DNA of 61,676 nt, the filler included, from Sphacelaria rigidula (taxonomy: Eukaryota): NCBI GenBank assembly GCA_964200075.2. It is 10 parts of 10 records of this genome, joined end to end, with 100 filler letters (N's around TTAATTAATTAA, not from the genome) between each part and the next. Parts side by side here need not be neighbours in the genome. Positions count along the whole stretch, not along the records: positions 6,179 to 12,256 come from CAXNAA020022389.1; positions 12,357 to 18,434 come from CAXNAA020022390.1; positions 18,535 to 24,612 come from CAXNAA020022391.1; 7 more parts are not named here. One strand, 5' to 3'. Position numbers and translations under genes: made by a program. A model generated the notes under the pieces. That model made no database searches and was not told the DNA's origin. It saw only the letters and a program-made list of their open reading frames with translations. This document shows, piece by piece, positions 10,417 to 23,600 of this stretch; the stretch's first letter is position 1, and each line of letters begins with the position of its first letter.

Positions 10417-13329
10417 TCGTGTCGAAATATTCAGTGAGCAGTGGGAAGTGCTATCGATATTTCAAGGACCAAGTGGACGCGGTCTCTCCCTGCAGCACCT
10501 TGCACATCACGAAATGATCCCGATATCTGCTGCGAACCATTGAAACGGCTTGAGTTTGGCAAAACATATTTCGGCTGAGCATGTCAACCCAGGCAGCCTC
10601 TTACCAATGGAAACGGCAGTGATGCACTTTTTCTGCAAAAAATTCATCTGGCCCGCTGCATAATTCAAGGAAGGGAAATGTTTATGCACAGGTACAAGTA
10701 TACCCGCACACTGTTGGGACAGTGCAAGGCGCACCTCTGAACGGCATGCAACCCGCGCTGAATACCCTCACCTAATGGATCGGCATGGTCGAAACCCTGC
10801 AGGCGACTGCAAGCTCAGCGATTGTGCCTCAACTTTTCTACCTACCGCCGTAACATGTAGACGCTGTGCGGGTAGCACATGCAGTTGGGAGGGATTCTAT
10901 CTGAAAGGGGCGAGCGACCAGTGCGGGGTATTTATAACGGTGGAGAAGGGCAAAGTTCCCACGCTTCCTCAACCGCGAGTGCAAGAACCCATCTTTCTGA
11001 CTCTTGGCCATTCGTGCATCGTATCCCGCGATCGGAAAGACCCGCTTCTGTCGCCTCCTTGGCCGCTCTGTCCAGATTCCGCAAACGTAAAGGGTCGATG
11101 CTGCTACCTTTTTGGGACGCACGTTTCATACTGCTCAAATACTCCACGCATGTCAATGGCGGTCTTCGTTGCCTGTCCAATCCCACCCATGACTTCACAT
11201 GGTACCCACTCGTTGACGACCGTTGACAGTTGCGATCGTGCGGTTTGTGCCGCTCGTAGCAAACACCTCACGGGTGGCCGCTGGCACACGTTACTGCACG
11301 TTATCCGCATTTTGGGACGTCCCTAGTCGATGTACGAGTTGAAAATCATGCGTGCCGCATGAATCGATTAGTAAAACAGATATCCCAACCTACAGTACTA
11401 GGTACCTGAACTGTTCATTTCGTAATTTCTTCGTAAGTCGCGATTCTCTCAGGGTCTTTCGCTCATCACCGCTCATCATATTGGGGATCCGAAGATACTT
11501 GTATCCGTCCGCTCCACATTCCGAGAAAACAAATTCTGTACGAGTATTCAATATCAGTTGACTTACAAGCTGACCGGTCATCGGGATTCCTGACACGTTT
11601 CAGCCGAGATTCCGACTGTTCGGTATTTCCATCGATCGAGCTTGTCCCGATCGCATTTGTGAAAAAGTGTACACGTTTGTTCTCTCGAAATTCTACCTAC
11701 TCGAGTAACACCCTCCTGATACACGGGGTACCTACTCGTATCGCCCGATAGAACCAACTAGGGCAATGGCCTATAAAAAGGTGTGAACCTTCTCGTATTT
11801 TCCCTTTGAGACCCTTGAGGCTGAAAAGGGTTCTACTGAACCAAAATTCCAACAGTGTCCTGTCCTGTCCATCCTGTCCTGTCCGTCCGGGCCTCATGAT
11901 GAAGCTCCGAACCACGGACTTTTTTTCCCGAATTGATTCGGAGCCGCGCTGCGCGAAAAAACCATCCCTTCGCTCTTCTGACATCAATCGAAACGTCCTC
12001 AACAAGTTTCAGCTTCAGTGGTGCTCACGGCGCTGTGTTTCGCTTCTGTCTCTTGGCGCACACGAGTACACCCCCTTTTCAACCCCTTTTGACCAGAGCG
12101 AGTCTTGATCGAACTTCTCAGACTTGACTGTCGTAACTTCCATACGTCGGACGAGCACGAGTGTCTCTCGTGGCACTCGCACTCGTTGGGCTGCTCATTG
12201 GCCGAAAAATGAATAGGGCGAGCACTCGAGTCATCGCTCGTTGTGCAAAAAACGAANNNNNNNNNNNNNNNNNNNNNNNNNNNNNNNNNNNNNNNNNNNN
12301 TTAATTAATTAANNNNNNNNNNNNNNNNNNNNNNNNNNNNNNNNNNNNNNNNNNNNATGAAATACCCTCTAGAGGATATTTTTATCCTCCCGAGGGTCAC
12401 TTTACCCTCGAGAGGATGAAAATCACGATAGAGGATTTTAAGGGGGTAGCCGAATGGCCGCGTGTGCAAGTTTACTCTTCAGAAATGAAGAGAACTCGGC
12501 GTGAGTGTATCTGCATAAGGGGGGATCTTCAGAAGCACCTGTTCGAGACCGAACGCGACCTCTAGAGCTTACGCGTGAGTGATGCCGCAATAGATAGCCC
12601 CCCCAAAACCACCCTGAAAGCTGTCACGAAGAGAATGTTCATACAACGCATGATAACTGGTCTCAAACTGCATGAAGCGCTTCATGTAGGCAACATTGGA
12701 GAAACCGATCCCAAGCGTGGCAGGTCCCAGCTGCCCGGTGTGCTCGGCGTTTGTCATCTTGGTTCACATGTAGGTTTTGCCTCCTCAAACCAGCCACTTT
12801 TCTGTGGGCGGCTATCGCGGCATCAGTCATCACGTACATTACATGAAAAACTCGGGGGTGTTTCCAAGCGCATGTGCGAGGGGGGTGCTCTAAATTCAGG
12901 GAGGGGTGCCTTCGTGGGCCTGCTGAAGTTACTTGGCGTTCCCTTCTTGAGAGTAGACAGGGAACGCCAAGTATACACGTATGTTTTCGTCGGGACGTGT
13001 TTGATCTGTAGACAGGGAAACGCATTTTTTATTCAACAATGAGATACAAGGCTACACGATGGGGTAACAATTGACTGAGGCAATACAGTTGAGTTGCATC
13101 AGATTATTTTTACTGTGAGAAGGGGACCACGAATAACTCATGTGGTGGCGCGATCTTCATTGGTGAACAGTGTCATTGGCGTCCATGGTTCAAGCCCGAT
13201 GGTCCAACTGCTCTATCTTCTCTGTCTACTTCTCTTTTCCTTTCTTTTTGACCAGGTTCTTTTTCCAAGCTTCCCTCTCGTTATCCTCGTCTGGCCCAAA
13301 TCCAATATTGTACGCCCTCTGCAGGTGAA

Positions 13330-13520
13330 TGAAACACACCCACATCGGAATATACTTCTGTCTGACCACTTCTCGGAGTGGTGCGCACAACGCACATACC
13401 GTCGGTTGTCGACCAGCCGGTTTGGAATTTGCACTGAGCTTTTGGTAGGATTTCCTTCCACTCGCAGTATGCGGCGAGGTGAGTCACAGCTATACTGAGA
13501 ACCACCTTGCCCACCTGGGA
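13330..13520 (-). mobile_element. RTE-type LINE reverse transcriptase fragment (decayed)
   Basis: GKVVLSIAVTHLAAYCEWKEILPKAQCKFQTGWSTTDGMCVVR parallels ANRLGYFCEETDIFPEGQCGFRHQRSTTDMMFV of the LINE at 44430. Confidence 0.7.
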
Positions 13521-14796
13521 CGACTGAAACGAAGTGCTGCGGTAATTGCCACGTTTCTGAGTGATGCTACGATAACTTGGGGGTTGTCTGAATCCACAAA
13601 AAACCAGGGCCTCACAGATGTGCCAGACGACCTAACTACTCGCGGTGCATTGGGTATTTCGGTGAAAACGGTGTCAAATGGTGTGAATGAGTGCGTCACA
13701 TTGGTAACAAGCACGTTCGAGCCAACATTGCTGCTTTCAACGATGATCTGACGTTGAACTTCGAGCAAGAAATGGTCCACAATACCTCCCCCCCCTTCCC
13801 CTCTGTCGTAGCATATCATTCTTTTTGCCAGTCAGTTTTCTTGAACAGGACCTAGATGACAGCGGCTTTCCATTCCTGCGGCACTACTTCCCGACGCCAC
13901 GCGGTGAGCACGATGTTGTGAAGACATTTATTTCAGTGTAGATTGCTTTGTGTCCAGGGCGCTTCCAATTTCAATTTATTTCGGGGTTGGTGACGTTACG
14001 GTCTCGGATTTCGGCGGTGAAAACGGACTGGTCTCGGCTCGGCCCTTCTACTCTAAAATGAAGGTCTGCCGCACGCACCTGGGGAATGATGATGCGTCGT
14101 AGCACGGAAGCGAGAAGTTATATTGAAGTATAAATCGTGTTCGTGTTATCGCCGTCGCCCTACATTTGCAAAGGCCCGCAGCAAGCCGGCGCTGAGACGC
14201 GAGCCGTTTCCCGGCAAATTCCCGCCAGGTCGTCCCGCACTAGTCCCATCCACTACCATGCCTGTTATCAAGTACACGTACAGTACTCGCTTCCAGGTAT
14301 GCCATAGACTAGAAGTTGAAAACTGCTGTTTCTCGGGCAGACAGGAGACAGCGTCAAGCATCAAGCGTCAAGCAGCTGCACGCTGGGCCAAGGGGCCCAT
14401 ATCGGGAAATGACGGCACCACCACCACCACGAAGTGAAATTGGGATGGCAGAGTCATTTTTGAGGTCGAGCTTCAATAATTTCCCACACAGGTTGGCAGT
14501 CACACAGGCCTTCTTGTGGTTTGCCAACTTGTGAGTCGTGCTATGGTAGAGGTGGGTGCACAATACTTCTCCCTGCCAGCGTGCTGAAGTTAGGTACGGA
14601 CTCTGGCGCACTTGCAGTAGTGCAGTCAGGACAAAGTTGCGCTTGAACCCGACGCGTCCCTCTCACCCGCAAACATCACGATACGTGAAAAAGTAAAAAG
14701 TATCACTGATGAGTTTCACAACGTTTCAATACCTCAGTCGACTTTTTTTTGGCCAAACCAAGTCCACCCCTACCCGTAGCACCACTTATGTTGAAG

Positions 14797-14866
14797 TGTC
14801 ACGATAACCACTGAGCCACTCAGGCAGCACTGACAGTGGCTACGTGGCTCAGTGGCTATTGTGACA
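14797..14866. repeat. 70-nt hairpin, 23-bp stem
   Basis: tgtcacgataaccactgagccac pairs with gtggctcagtggctattgtgaca (21 Watson-Crick pairs, 1 G-T, 1 mismatch). Confidence 0.85.
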
Positions 14867-15729
14867 TGTGAACAAAGGTTGCTCCCGTTGAAACTTCTGC
14901 ATGCGGTCTCCATACAGCAAGGATCCCTCCGCACGACTTGAGTCAGAGCCAAAGCTCCTACTGCGACTGTAAGGACCACTAGTGCCCTCATACTCACTAG
15001 CCCAGGCCAGTCTGTTGAGGGGCCGCTCTCGGCTTCCGTGTACTGATTTGTACGAGCCCTGAATCTGCGGTACCGGAGAGGTACACCCCATCGCCGAAGA
15101 GGAGGGAACAGTTACTGCAACTCACCAGTAGAGCTCTTGGGTTGCACTAGTTAGCGCTGACGTCATTTGCGAAAAAATGGCCGCTACAACTGACCCTCAA
15201 ATAGGGAAGATCAAGCGCTGTCGAAATTTGATACTTTTGACGACTCTTGCGCCGTGCAAGCAAACAAGCATCACATAAAATTATATCACCAATAGCTCAG
15301 GCGTACTGATAATACCCGCAGGACGCAATCCCCTGTTCAGGCACAAACCACACAGCTAGCTACAAGTAAGTGATCGAAGAACGAATGAACTCATGGTAAT
15401 AAAAAATCAAAATATCGTTCGTAAGCGGGACTATGTGGTACACACATTTGATGAGTCGGAAATCCTGTTCTACTATTCTAGTGGAATTGTGGTCATTATC
15501 CACAAGAATAACTGATCCCCGAGGGACCGAGTCGTGGTCATTATCTACAACGTAGACATACCCAAGGTAAGCAAAAAGGAAACGCTCACAAGGGAAAATA
15601 TTGGAAACAAACAAGTAATCTGCAGGACTTCATTTTCTGACGTTCATGTAAATATGGGGAAGGAGGTACACGGGTCTCACGTATAACACTCAAAAATCAT
15701 TACACCTGTGGGTACTTTTCGTACGGTTA

Positions 15730-15760
15730 CCTAACCCTAACCCTAACCCTAACCCTAACC
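15730..15760. repeat. Short interstitial telomere-like (CCCTAA)n tract
   Basis: cctaa(ccctaa)4cc. Confidence 0.85.
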
Positions 15761-18700
15761 ACCTCGACAGCGGTGTGTTATCGGGCATGAGAGCATAGGT
15801 TGGGGTCGGAACAAATGGGATCAAATACATACGGGTTTCATAGTGACCACAAGAGCACCTTCTGCTGACGAAGCGAGCAAAACGAACGATCGAGGGGCAA
15901 ACACAACTGTCACTTCCTTCCCTTCTCCGCCTCCTGCTCCCCGACAGCCACGGTATCTTCGCCGCTAAAAACACAGGAATATCGTCAACACATCTCACAT
16001 CGAACCACTCGAATCTCCTCCAACCACCCGCCCCATCTCTGTTCGCCCCAGCACTATATATTCTCGAATAGAAAATTAGCCGCCATCTCAACATTCTTGT
16101 CACAAGTGATATAGGCTTCCACCACCCTCTCCCGGCCGACCCCCGGAACCATCGCCATCAGCTAAAACATGAACAACAACCACACAAGAGGGCATGGCCA
16201 CGGGGGGACAGACACAGCAAAACAGCGGGAGCGGGACAGAGAGAAGGAAGGGTAAGCGGCAGTGACCCATTTCTTGTCCGGGCAGAGCACATTCGCATTT
16301 ACAATACTTGGAAGAGAGATATGCTGATCACCTGATTGTTTAGGAGTTTCCATTCTTGAACCTGTCGACTGACAAACTACAAGGTACAACGGACAGAACC
16401 TCAAGGCCTCGCCGGAGGGCTCACAAAAGTCATTGACTTCACATCTGGGCCTGAGCCTCTCGTGATATACATTATCTTGTAAAGGGGAGGGGGAGGGAAA
16501 CCCCTTGCAGCTCATACTCGGTGAAGATATACCGAGATCACGCCGGTTATAGCTAAGTTGACACAACAAGAGTGATGGTGGAAATTTTACGTGTGTATGG
16601 ACCACGGGTTCGAGAAATCGAGCTAATATGGCGAACATGATAGCAACAATAATAATGGAGCCGGAACGAGAAGTGCCGCCTTTTTGTTGGCACCCGGTAT
16701 TCACGACATTCGCATTTTCGACTCACTGCCAACATCGACACACGTATACTGTATACAAGCTTTTAACATACGTATGCCGTACACAAGCTTTACATACGCA
16801 CCTCGTACTCAAGCATTGTATTCCGTAGACGAGCCTTCAACATACGTATATTATATCCAAGCTTGTTTCTTCGCTTTTGTTGTCACTAGTGTACAGGAAG
16901 CCCCAAGCGTACGTGGCCCATCGTTGCACTGCGTCATCTCCTGGACTCGTCGCAACAATCCTAAAATACAAAAGCAGACACAAACATCTGCGCGGGAAAT
17001 TCGAGCCCTCTGCAATTTGAGCCGTCTACGTTCGGCGCGTTCAACCCTGCAGCGTCCGCGGTCAATTGGAGATCTGACAGTCCCGCCGATCGTCGGAGGA
17101 AGGCAATAGCGTAGGCGTACATGGCCGCTAGTTGGCCGTCCGGGCGATTGACAGAACTCCTCTCGAGTATGAGGTTTGGCTGAGACATTTTCAGGCAAGA
17201 ATCGTTGAAAGGGCGGGTTGGGGTTTGGTGCAGGCCGTATCTACGAAAGGCTCAACGGCGAACTCACCCCCATAAAAGCAGGAGCTTGTGGAAAGGACGA
17301 GCTCACCACTGCGGTTCCATGTGTGTTCGTCTTGCTCAATTTGGTTGTCGGGGAAAGGTGAGAAATTTCCGCAAGTTTTCGGTCCAAAATCAAAACACCA
17401 CCCGAACCACACTCGCACGCGCCGCACGCAGGAAGTACACGCCCCACCAAAACATACGCCACGCCCTTGAGCTGTTCAGCGACAAGCAGTTATTGTCTGT
17501 ATTCACCACAGACATGTACGTTCACTGTTTCTCGCTCGATCACGGCCGCTACGAGGCACTGTTGACCCTTAGACCGCGAGGGTAGTTCATCTGGATATCA
17601 CTTTTTTCAAGTGAAGTTGATGCCGATTCAACAGATGACCTTTTCTCGTCATCTAAAGGTTGACCGTTGAGCTACAAATGTTCATGGTTGGTATTACTTG
17701 ATATGAGTGTGAACACCGAGAATCGGATCTTTAGTAGGGCTGACAGTCCCGTGTGCTCCTCGCATGCGCAAAACGCATTTTCGTTAAAACCGACGCCATA
17801 GGCGCCCATTTGGGGTCTACCAAGGCCGCATTTTGCCAAGAGAGTGCTATGTACCGCCCTTGCCCGAGGATTCTCGGTATGCTTGGGGTTGGGGTTAGGG
17901 TAAGGCATCGACACAACATGTGGACTCACAACTTACAGCACGTCGGTCTCTTGTGATCCAGTGGGTTGTGGAACACTGTTGTACTTTTGCGATCTCGGGG
18001 CTGGTGTCAGGGTCAAGCTAGGCTCTTCCGCCACCAACGGGCGATTTTCGCATCATCGATGGTTGGTTCAAGCAACGGATACAGTACTGGTCGTCACGCA
18101 AAGAGAGCTAGAGACAGAACAGTAATAGCGGAGAGACTTGAGAACCATTTCCGGGGAGAAGGGGGCGTGGTCGTTGTGCCGTCCGTGAACGGCAAATGAG
18201 CGGGAAAAGAGCCGAAGGTGTGGGCGCCATGGTTGGAGTTGGCGCGTAGACTCCCTTGCGCGCGATGTGCCGCATCAGGTACAGTTTAGAGAGTGATGGC
18301 CTAGCACAGGTACGTTCTCGGCCGATCGGTGGCCCAGATAAGGTACGATTGAAAAAGAATTCCTAGATCAGGTATACCTGGGCGAAATTTGGCCTACAAA
18401 AGGTAAGTGGTTTCTGAAGGCGAGACGTCCGTTTNNNNNNNNNNNNNNNNNNNNNNNNNNNNNNNNNNNNNNNNNNNNTTAATTAATTAANNNNNNNNNN
18501 NNNNNNNNNNNNNNNNNNNNNNNNNNNNNNNNNNAGTTGTTTATTATTATTTTACTAACACGTCGTGAACGTGGTGTTAGTGAGCTTCAGTCCCAAAAGG
18601 GTTGAACAACTCCCAATTTTTCCCGAAATTATCTAGTACAAGGCTCTTTTGGAACAAAAACTGACGTTCTTTCACCCAGTTGCACATTTTGCTCCTGTTG

Positions 18701-20229
18701 CGCATTGCTGCAATGCGCAATCCCGAATTCACTGACATGGGGTTGTTGAACTTGCTGCAGATGACATGTACCTCCCAAACTGCGCACCTCTACGGGCGAA
18801 GTGTCAGCAACTTTTGTACAGATAGATGGTCATTGTCCACAGGGAATCCCAATACAGATAGATGTTGCTTGCCACCGCAGCAGCCACCCAACTACACATG
18901 ATGCGGAAGCTATTGCACCAGCTTGTCGAGAGACGCATTCCATCACGGTGCACGAAATATGAGTGCGAGAAAGCCGTTTTGGGGGTGTATCGACGGTATT
19001 TCAAAACTCGGAAATCGCTGCGCTATTTTCGTGAGATAGCCCAAACGTGCCCCCGACTGGTGCACACGCTGCCTGTGAAATGTCAAACCAGTGCGCTCAG
19101 TTTCACGACTTGTTATGCAGTCACGGCGGAGGTTCACACAAGCTGCTGTGAAATAGTGGGGAACGGGTGTAGTCAACCATCGAAAAATACGGCAGGAACC
19201 GTTACACCGCATATCCCGCGTACGGAAGCATCGTGACGTGATATCTTCACCTCTTTGGCAGCGCAGTATGGGTCGAGACAAGGAGCGTAAAAAGGCCCCG
19301 AGCGCTTTGCGAGTTAGGCTTCCGTACGTGGCTATTTTCGTTCTTGTGGTGTCGACAGCAACGTTCATTGCATACAGAGATATCGTGCAATGCAATGTTC
19401 CGCACAAGTGTGGGTGTGCGTGAATGTCCTCATGCCGTCGCTGCAGTCGGGACCCAAGGGTTGACCTTGTGATCGGGAATCCCTTTCAAATGGGCCAATA
19501 GACCATGGCACAATTGGGATGCAAAACGGCTGTTTTCTCTCTAGAAAAAACGCCATGTTCCACGAACATCTGGATCTTGGGCATGTATTGTATATAGAAA
19601 ATAATCCCGGACAACCCCTCACCGGTTTCGAGCTGGCGGTCAAGTGCGTGCAGAGTCAGTGTGTATCTTGTAACAGGACAGTTTTCGGTGTTTGTGGATA
19701 CATGCTTTGTGGTTCGCAAGTGGCGCGCGCTGGCAGCCCCCACTGTTGCGATGCATGCAAGCAACACCAATCTTATCTCCTCCCTCGCAAACATCGGTGC
19801 GCAGCTGAAGGCAAACGTAGCACACGTGGCGACCATGAAACATCCAAACGAAGGACCGAACGAGTGTGAGTCGTGTTTGATCGAAGTGTGATGGAGTAAC
19901 AACTTACGAGAGTGGCACAAGTTGGAAGGCGTCGCCATGCAGAGTACTGCAAGCGTGCGGTGTTTGGTCAGAGCGCGAATGGGCTTTTATCCACTTTTTG
20001 ATAGCAGCCAAACTAGTATCGATACGCACAACTGGAAAAACCAAGAGCTGCCTCTGTAAAGATCACTGCTGGGGCATATGCAGTACATGTGAGGAAAATA
20101 CTGAGCATCAACGCGCGCGTGGGGGCAATACTGCTGGCATATGCTGGTGAAATTTACGCAAGAGGTATCTACAAGGGAGCAAAAATGCGTGAACGGCACA
20201 CAGGACTTGTTTTCACACGCCGAAAATTC

Positions 20230-20630
20230 CAGGGGTCTACACGGTACATGTGACACTTTAACGTGACTTCGGGTCATTGAACGCCACGTCAGGTTTAATT
20301 TTTGGATGAGACAAATGCAACGTAACGTGATGTAACGTGTAGTCCTTGGAATGATTCCTAACGTGGCGCTTTACTTACAAAATGTGACGAAGGCTCTGCT
20401 TGTTTTCGTGAATTTGTAACGTGTCACGTGTTACGTTAACAATTTACAAAAACAGCCTGTTAGACATATCGAAAATCCCGAGAGAAACTGCTTCGAGGTC
20501 CACACGTTACATCACGTTACGTTACACTTGTCTCGTCCAAAATATCAAACCTTTCGTAGCGTCAAATGACCCAAAGTTACGTTTTCCCCGTTTTTTCAAA
20601 TGTGTCACGTGTGTAACGTGCCCATCCCAG
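20230..20630. mobile_element. hAT-like MITE with extended internal inverted repeats
   Basis: Starts cagggg, ends cccatcccag; flanks gaaaattc/gaaaattg (7/8); internal IR ttttggatgagacaaatgcaacgtaacgtgatgtaacgtgt / acacgttacatcacgttacgttacacttgtctcgtccaaaa. Confidence 0.75.
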
Positions 20631-23600
20631 GAAAATTGAGAAGCAGAACAGACGGTGCAATCGAAGAGACGATAAGTTCAGGGCTACGTCATTCCTGCCC
20701 GTCTATGCCAATTTTTTCACTCGTTAGAGCCAAGTATCTAAAGGCACGTATAGAATGAGTCAATAACGAATCGTGGGCGTTTGAAGATATTTGAGGTGGG
20801 AGGTGTGGTTTGCCCTCGACCTTCTTCACTTTATGTGCTCGATAACGCCTGTGTGTAACACTGCGAAGCCAAACTGCACAAGAACGAGAGCAAAACACGT
20901 AAAAAAGTAGATACCGTGGCTCCTCCTCGTTTGTCATTCATTTTCTGATGTGACACACACACCCATACACACACCTGCCGACCCCGACAGCTGTGGTCCT
21001 ACGCCCATACGCCACTCGACTCTTCATCCCGGCGTTTATTTTATCTCTATGATACCGTCGAATATAGAGGTGTGCGACAGCAGCTTTGGCGATCTGTGTG
21101 ATATATCTCATTCGGAGGTGGAGGTTTTGAGTGTCGACAACCACCAGTATCTCTCTATCGAAGAACCTCAACGTTCAAAAATGTGTTTCGCCTCTCTTTT
21201 TGTTCGAGATACTGGAGAGCTTCGGAAACCAAACTTTTGAGCCAAAAACTCAGGGATAATTTACGTCTTCTTACTAAAATTCAATCAAGCGATAATTATT
21301 CTCAAGTTTTTCTGGCTTATTTTTTTTCTCCGAAACTCTCTACGAGTGAAAGTATGGTTGGTGAGGGTACCGAGAGAGAGAGGGAAGAGAGGAGAGCAGG
21401 GCTCGTGGTCGGGTGTGGGGGGGGGGAGGGGGGGGAGTATAGGTACCCTTGTGTACTGCTGTCGGTGTAAATGTGATTACGAAGCCTGGGGAATGAGCAA
21501 AATGACTGTTTTCACCAGGAGCTACCGTGTGTTATTTTCGGTAGGAATGTTTTTTCCTGTAGACTTTGTGTCAGTTCGGAGCCATCCTATTATATGGTTG
21601 ATGTTGGTTGATGTGAGTGTTGATACCGACCGAGTTGTGGATGAAATCACGGCACTCCGGAAGCAAGAAGCTCTCACCAGTGCTCCACGGGCATCCGCGG
21701 AAGCTTCTTCCGAGCGTGGGTCTATCCCGCAATCTTCTCTCGAGTTCGTGCTCATGCTCCCACGCCTGCGATTGAAGAGGGCAGCGAAAAGTGAACCCGG
21801 TGTTATATGGTCGATCGCTTGTAAGACGCTTACTAAGTCGGCACGGAAAGCCCAAAGCAGTGGGAGGACAGACGTACGCGACGTGAAGGATGAAACAAAT
21901 ACGAGAACCGTTGCTACAGGGACGTCCAAGGTCAATGGCAGGGAGGCGTGTTCTTTTGTTGCTTGCCTTGGTCGTTTAATCATTGACCACGCATCCCTTT
22001 CGCGACGGAGCAGTGATTAGTGGGGGCAAACAAACAAAAGAACACATTCATACACTTCTGGGTTAACCCTTTCGGGGCTTCCATTGTCAAGAACGTGTTA
22101 CGTGAATCTGTGACGACGACTCGAGTTTTTAGCAATGTTTTGCGCTGACCGACGGAACACAGGAAAAGACGGATCTAGTGTGGAGGAAATCGCACGAGAT
22201 GCAGATTTGACAACGTGGAATCAAGTACGCTCTGATCTATGCTAGCAACATAGCAACATGAGATATGTGCCATGCTAATGAAAATGTCGATTTTCATCCA
22301 GTTTTTATCGGATCCAGCCCCAAGATGGGTATTCCACTCAGTTGAGCCGGAACTACGGGCGGGTTCGTGTTCTTGCGTCGTGGGTAGCAGACCTTGCATG
22401 ACGGAGGATGGTGCCGCGTGTATCACAATCAACTCCCATCTTTTTCGGTCGCACCGTGTGTTCGCTGTAGAAGCATCGTCACGCGCACGTTCCCGTGTGT
22501 CTCTCTGTTCGCTCTTTCGGAACTCTCCGAGGGGTCTGAGACCGTGGGAAAAACGATCAAAAGTCGTGGAAGAAAAATCCGGTCCCATCGATGAAAATTC
22601 CGGTGAGGTTTGTTTTTCAGCAGTCAGAAATGCGGTGTTTCGTTGGCGTGAAGACAGGATTCATGTGTTACCCGTCTTGCATATTTTGCAACTAGTGAGC
22701 TGCACTCAGCAAACATGGGATGCGAAGTGACCGCTGATGGCACGGGAGTTTCAAAGGTCGACACGGGGGAAAGTGAAAAGAAGAAGGGGAAAGGCGAGGT
22801 ATTCATTCAAACAAGTATTTCGGTGACTACTGGCTTCGAACCGTCCGTTCCCCCCCCCCAAATATTGAGGTCCGTGCAACATTACGCAAAAAACCACTGC
22901 ATGAACGCGTAAAATCCGAACCACCAAATGTCGAGGTGGTCAGCGTCTAGTCGACTGTGTTGCGGGACATGGAGAGTTCTCGCCATTTTCTACACAATCG
23001 TGATGCATGTACAGCTTAATTTGACGATGGTGATGCGCTGGATGCGTGTAAGAAACCCTGAATTTGAACCGTCGTCCTAACATCGAGTCACGTCTGTTGT
23101 AATTGTTGGCCCTCTCTTTGGTGTTTATTGTCATTCTCGTGTTTCTTTTGCCCGCTTCGCTGCTTGCGCATACACACAACGGACAGGTCACAGTCTCCGA
23201 TGGAACCTCTGCCAGTGGGTGGTTATGTCAAACTGCAGCTTCAAATACAGGTGAGCCTTCGCTTGATTGACTGATCGTTGCACACGAACTGGTATGCCAC
23301 GATTTGAGCCGTATTTCAGTCACAAGATGGACACACTCCACCCAGGTTTAATTAATAGAGCACTCCCTGACGAAACTCGAAAAATGGCGAAATGTGGCAA
23401 ATAGAGGAGAGGAGGAACACGGTAAAATGAAAACGAGAGGGAGAGAAGGAGGTGTATTGAAGAAAGGAAAGCAAAATATGAGAAGATGGAAAGTGCCGGA
23501 TCATCATCGTGTACCCGGCCAGAGGAGAAAAAACGACGGCTGGCCTCCGCCCCCTCGGCTGAGAGCGAGGGTTCTGTACAAAAAACAGAGCGGAATGATA

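Noticed and set aside
21346..22730. Long ORFs on both strands (224, 153, 152, 137 aa)
   Set aside because: No recognisable domain, strand ambiguous, and one runs into a dispersed repeat
22818..22910. tRNA-like GGTTCGAAGCC on the minus strand (similar GGTTCAAGT near 37515)
   Set aside because: No cloverleaf; at most decayed tRNA-derived SINE heads
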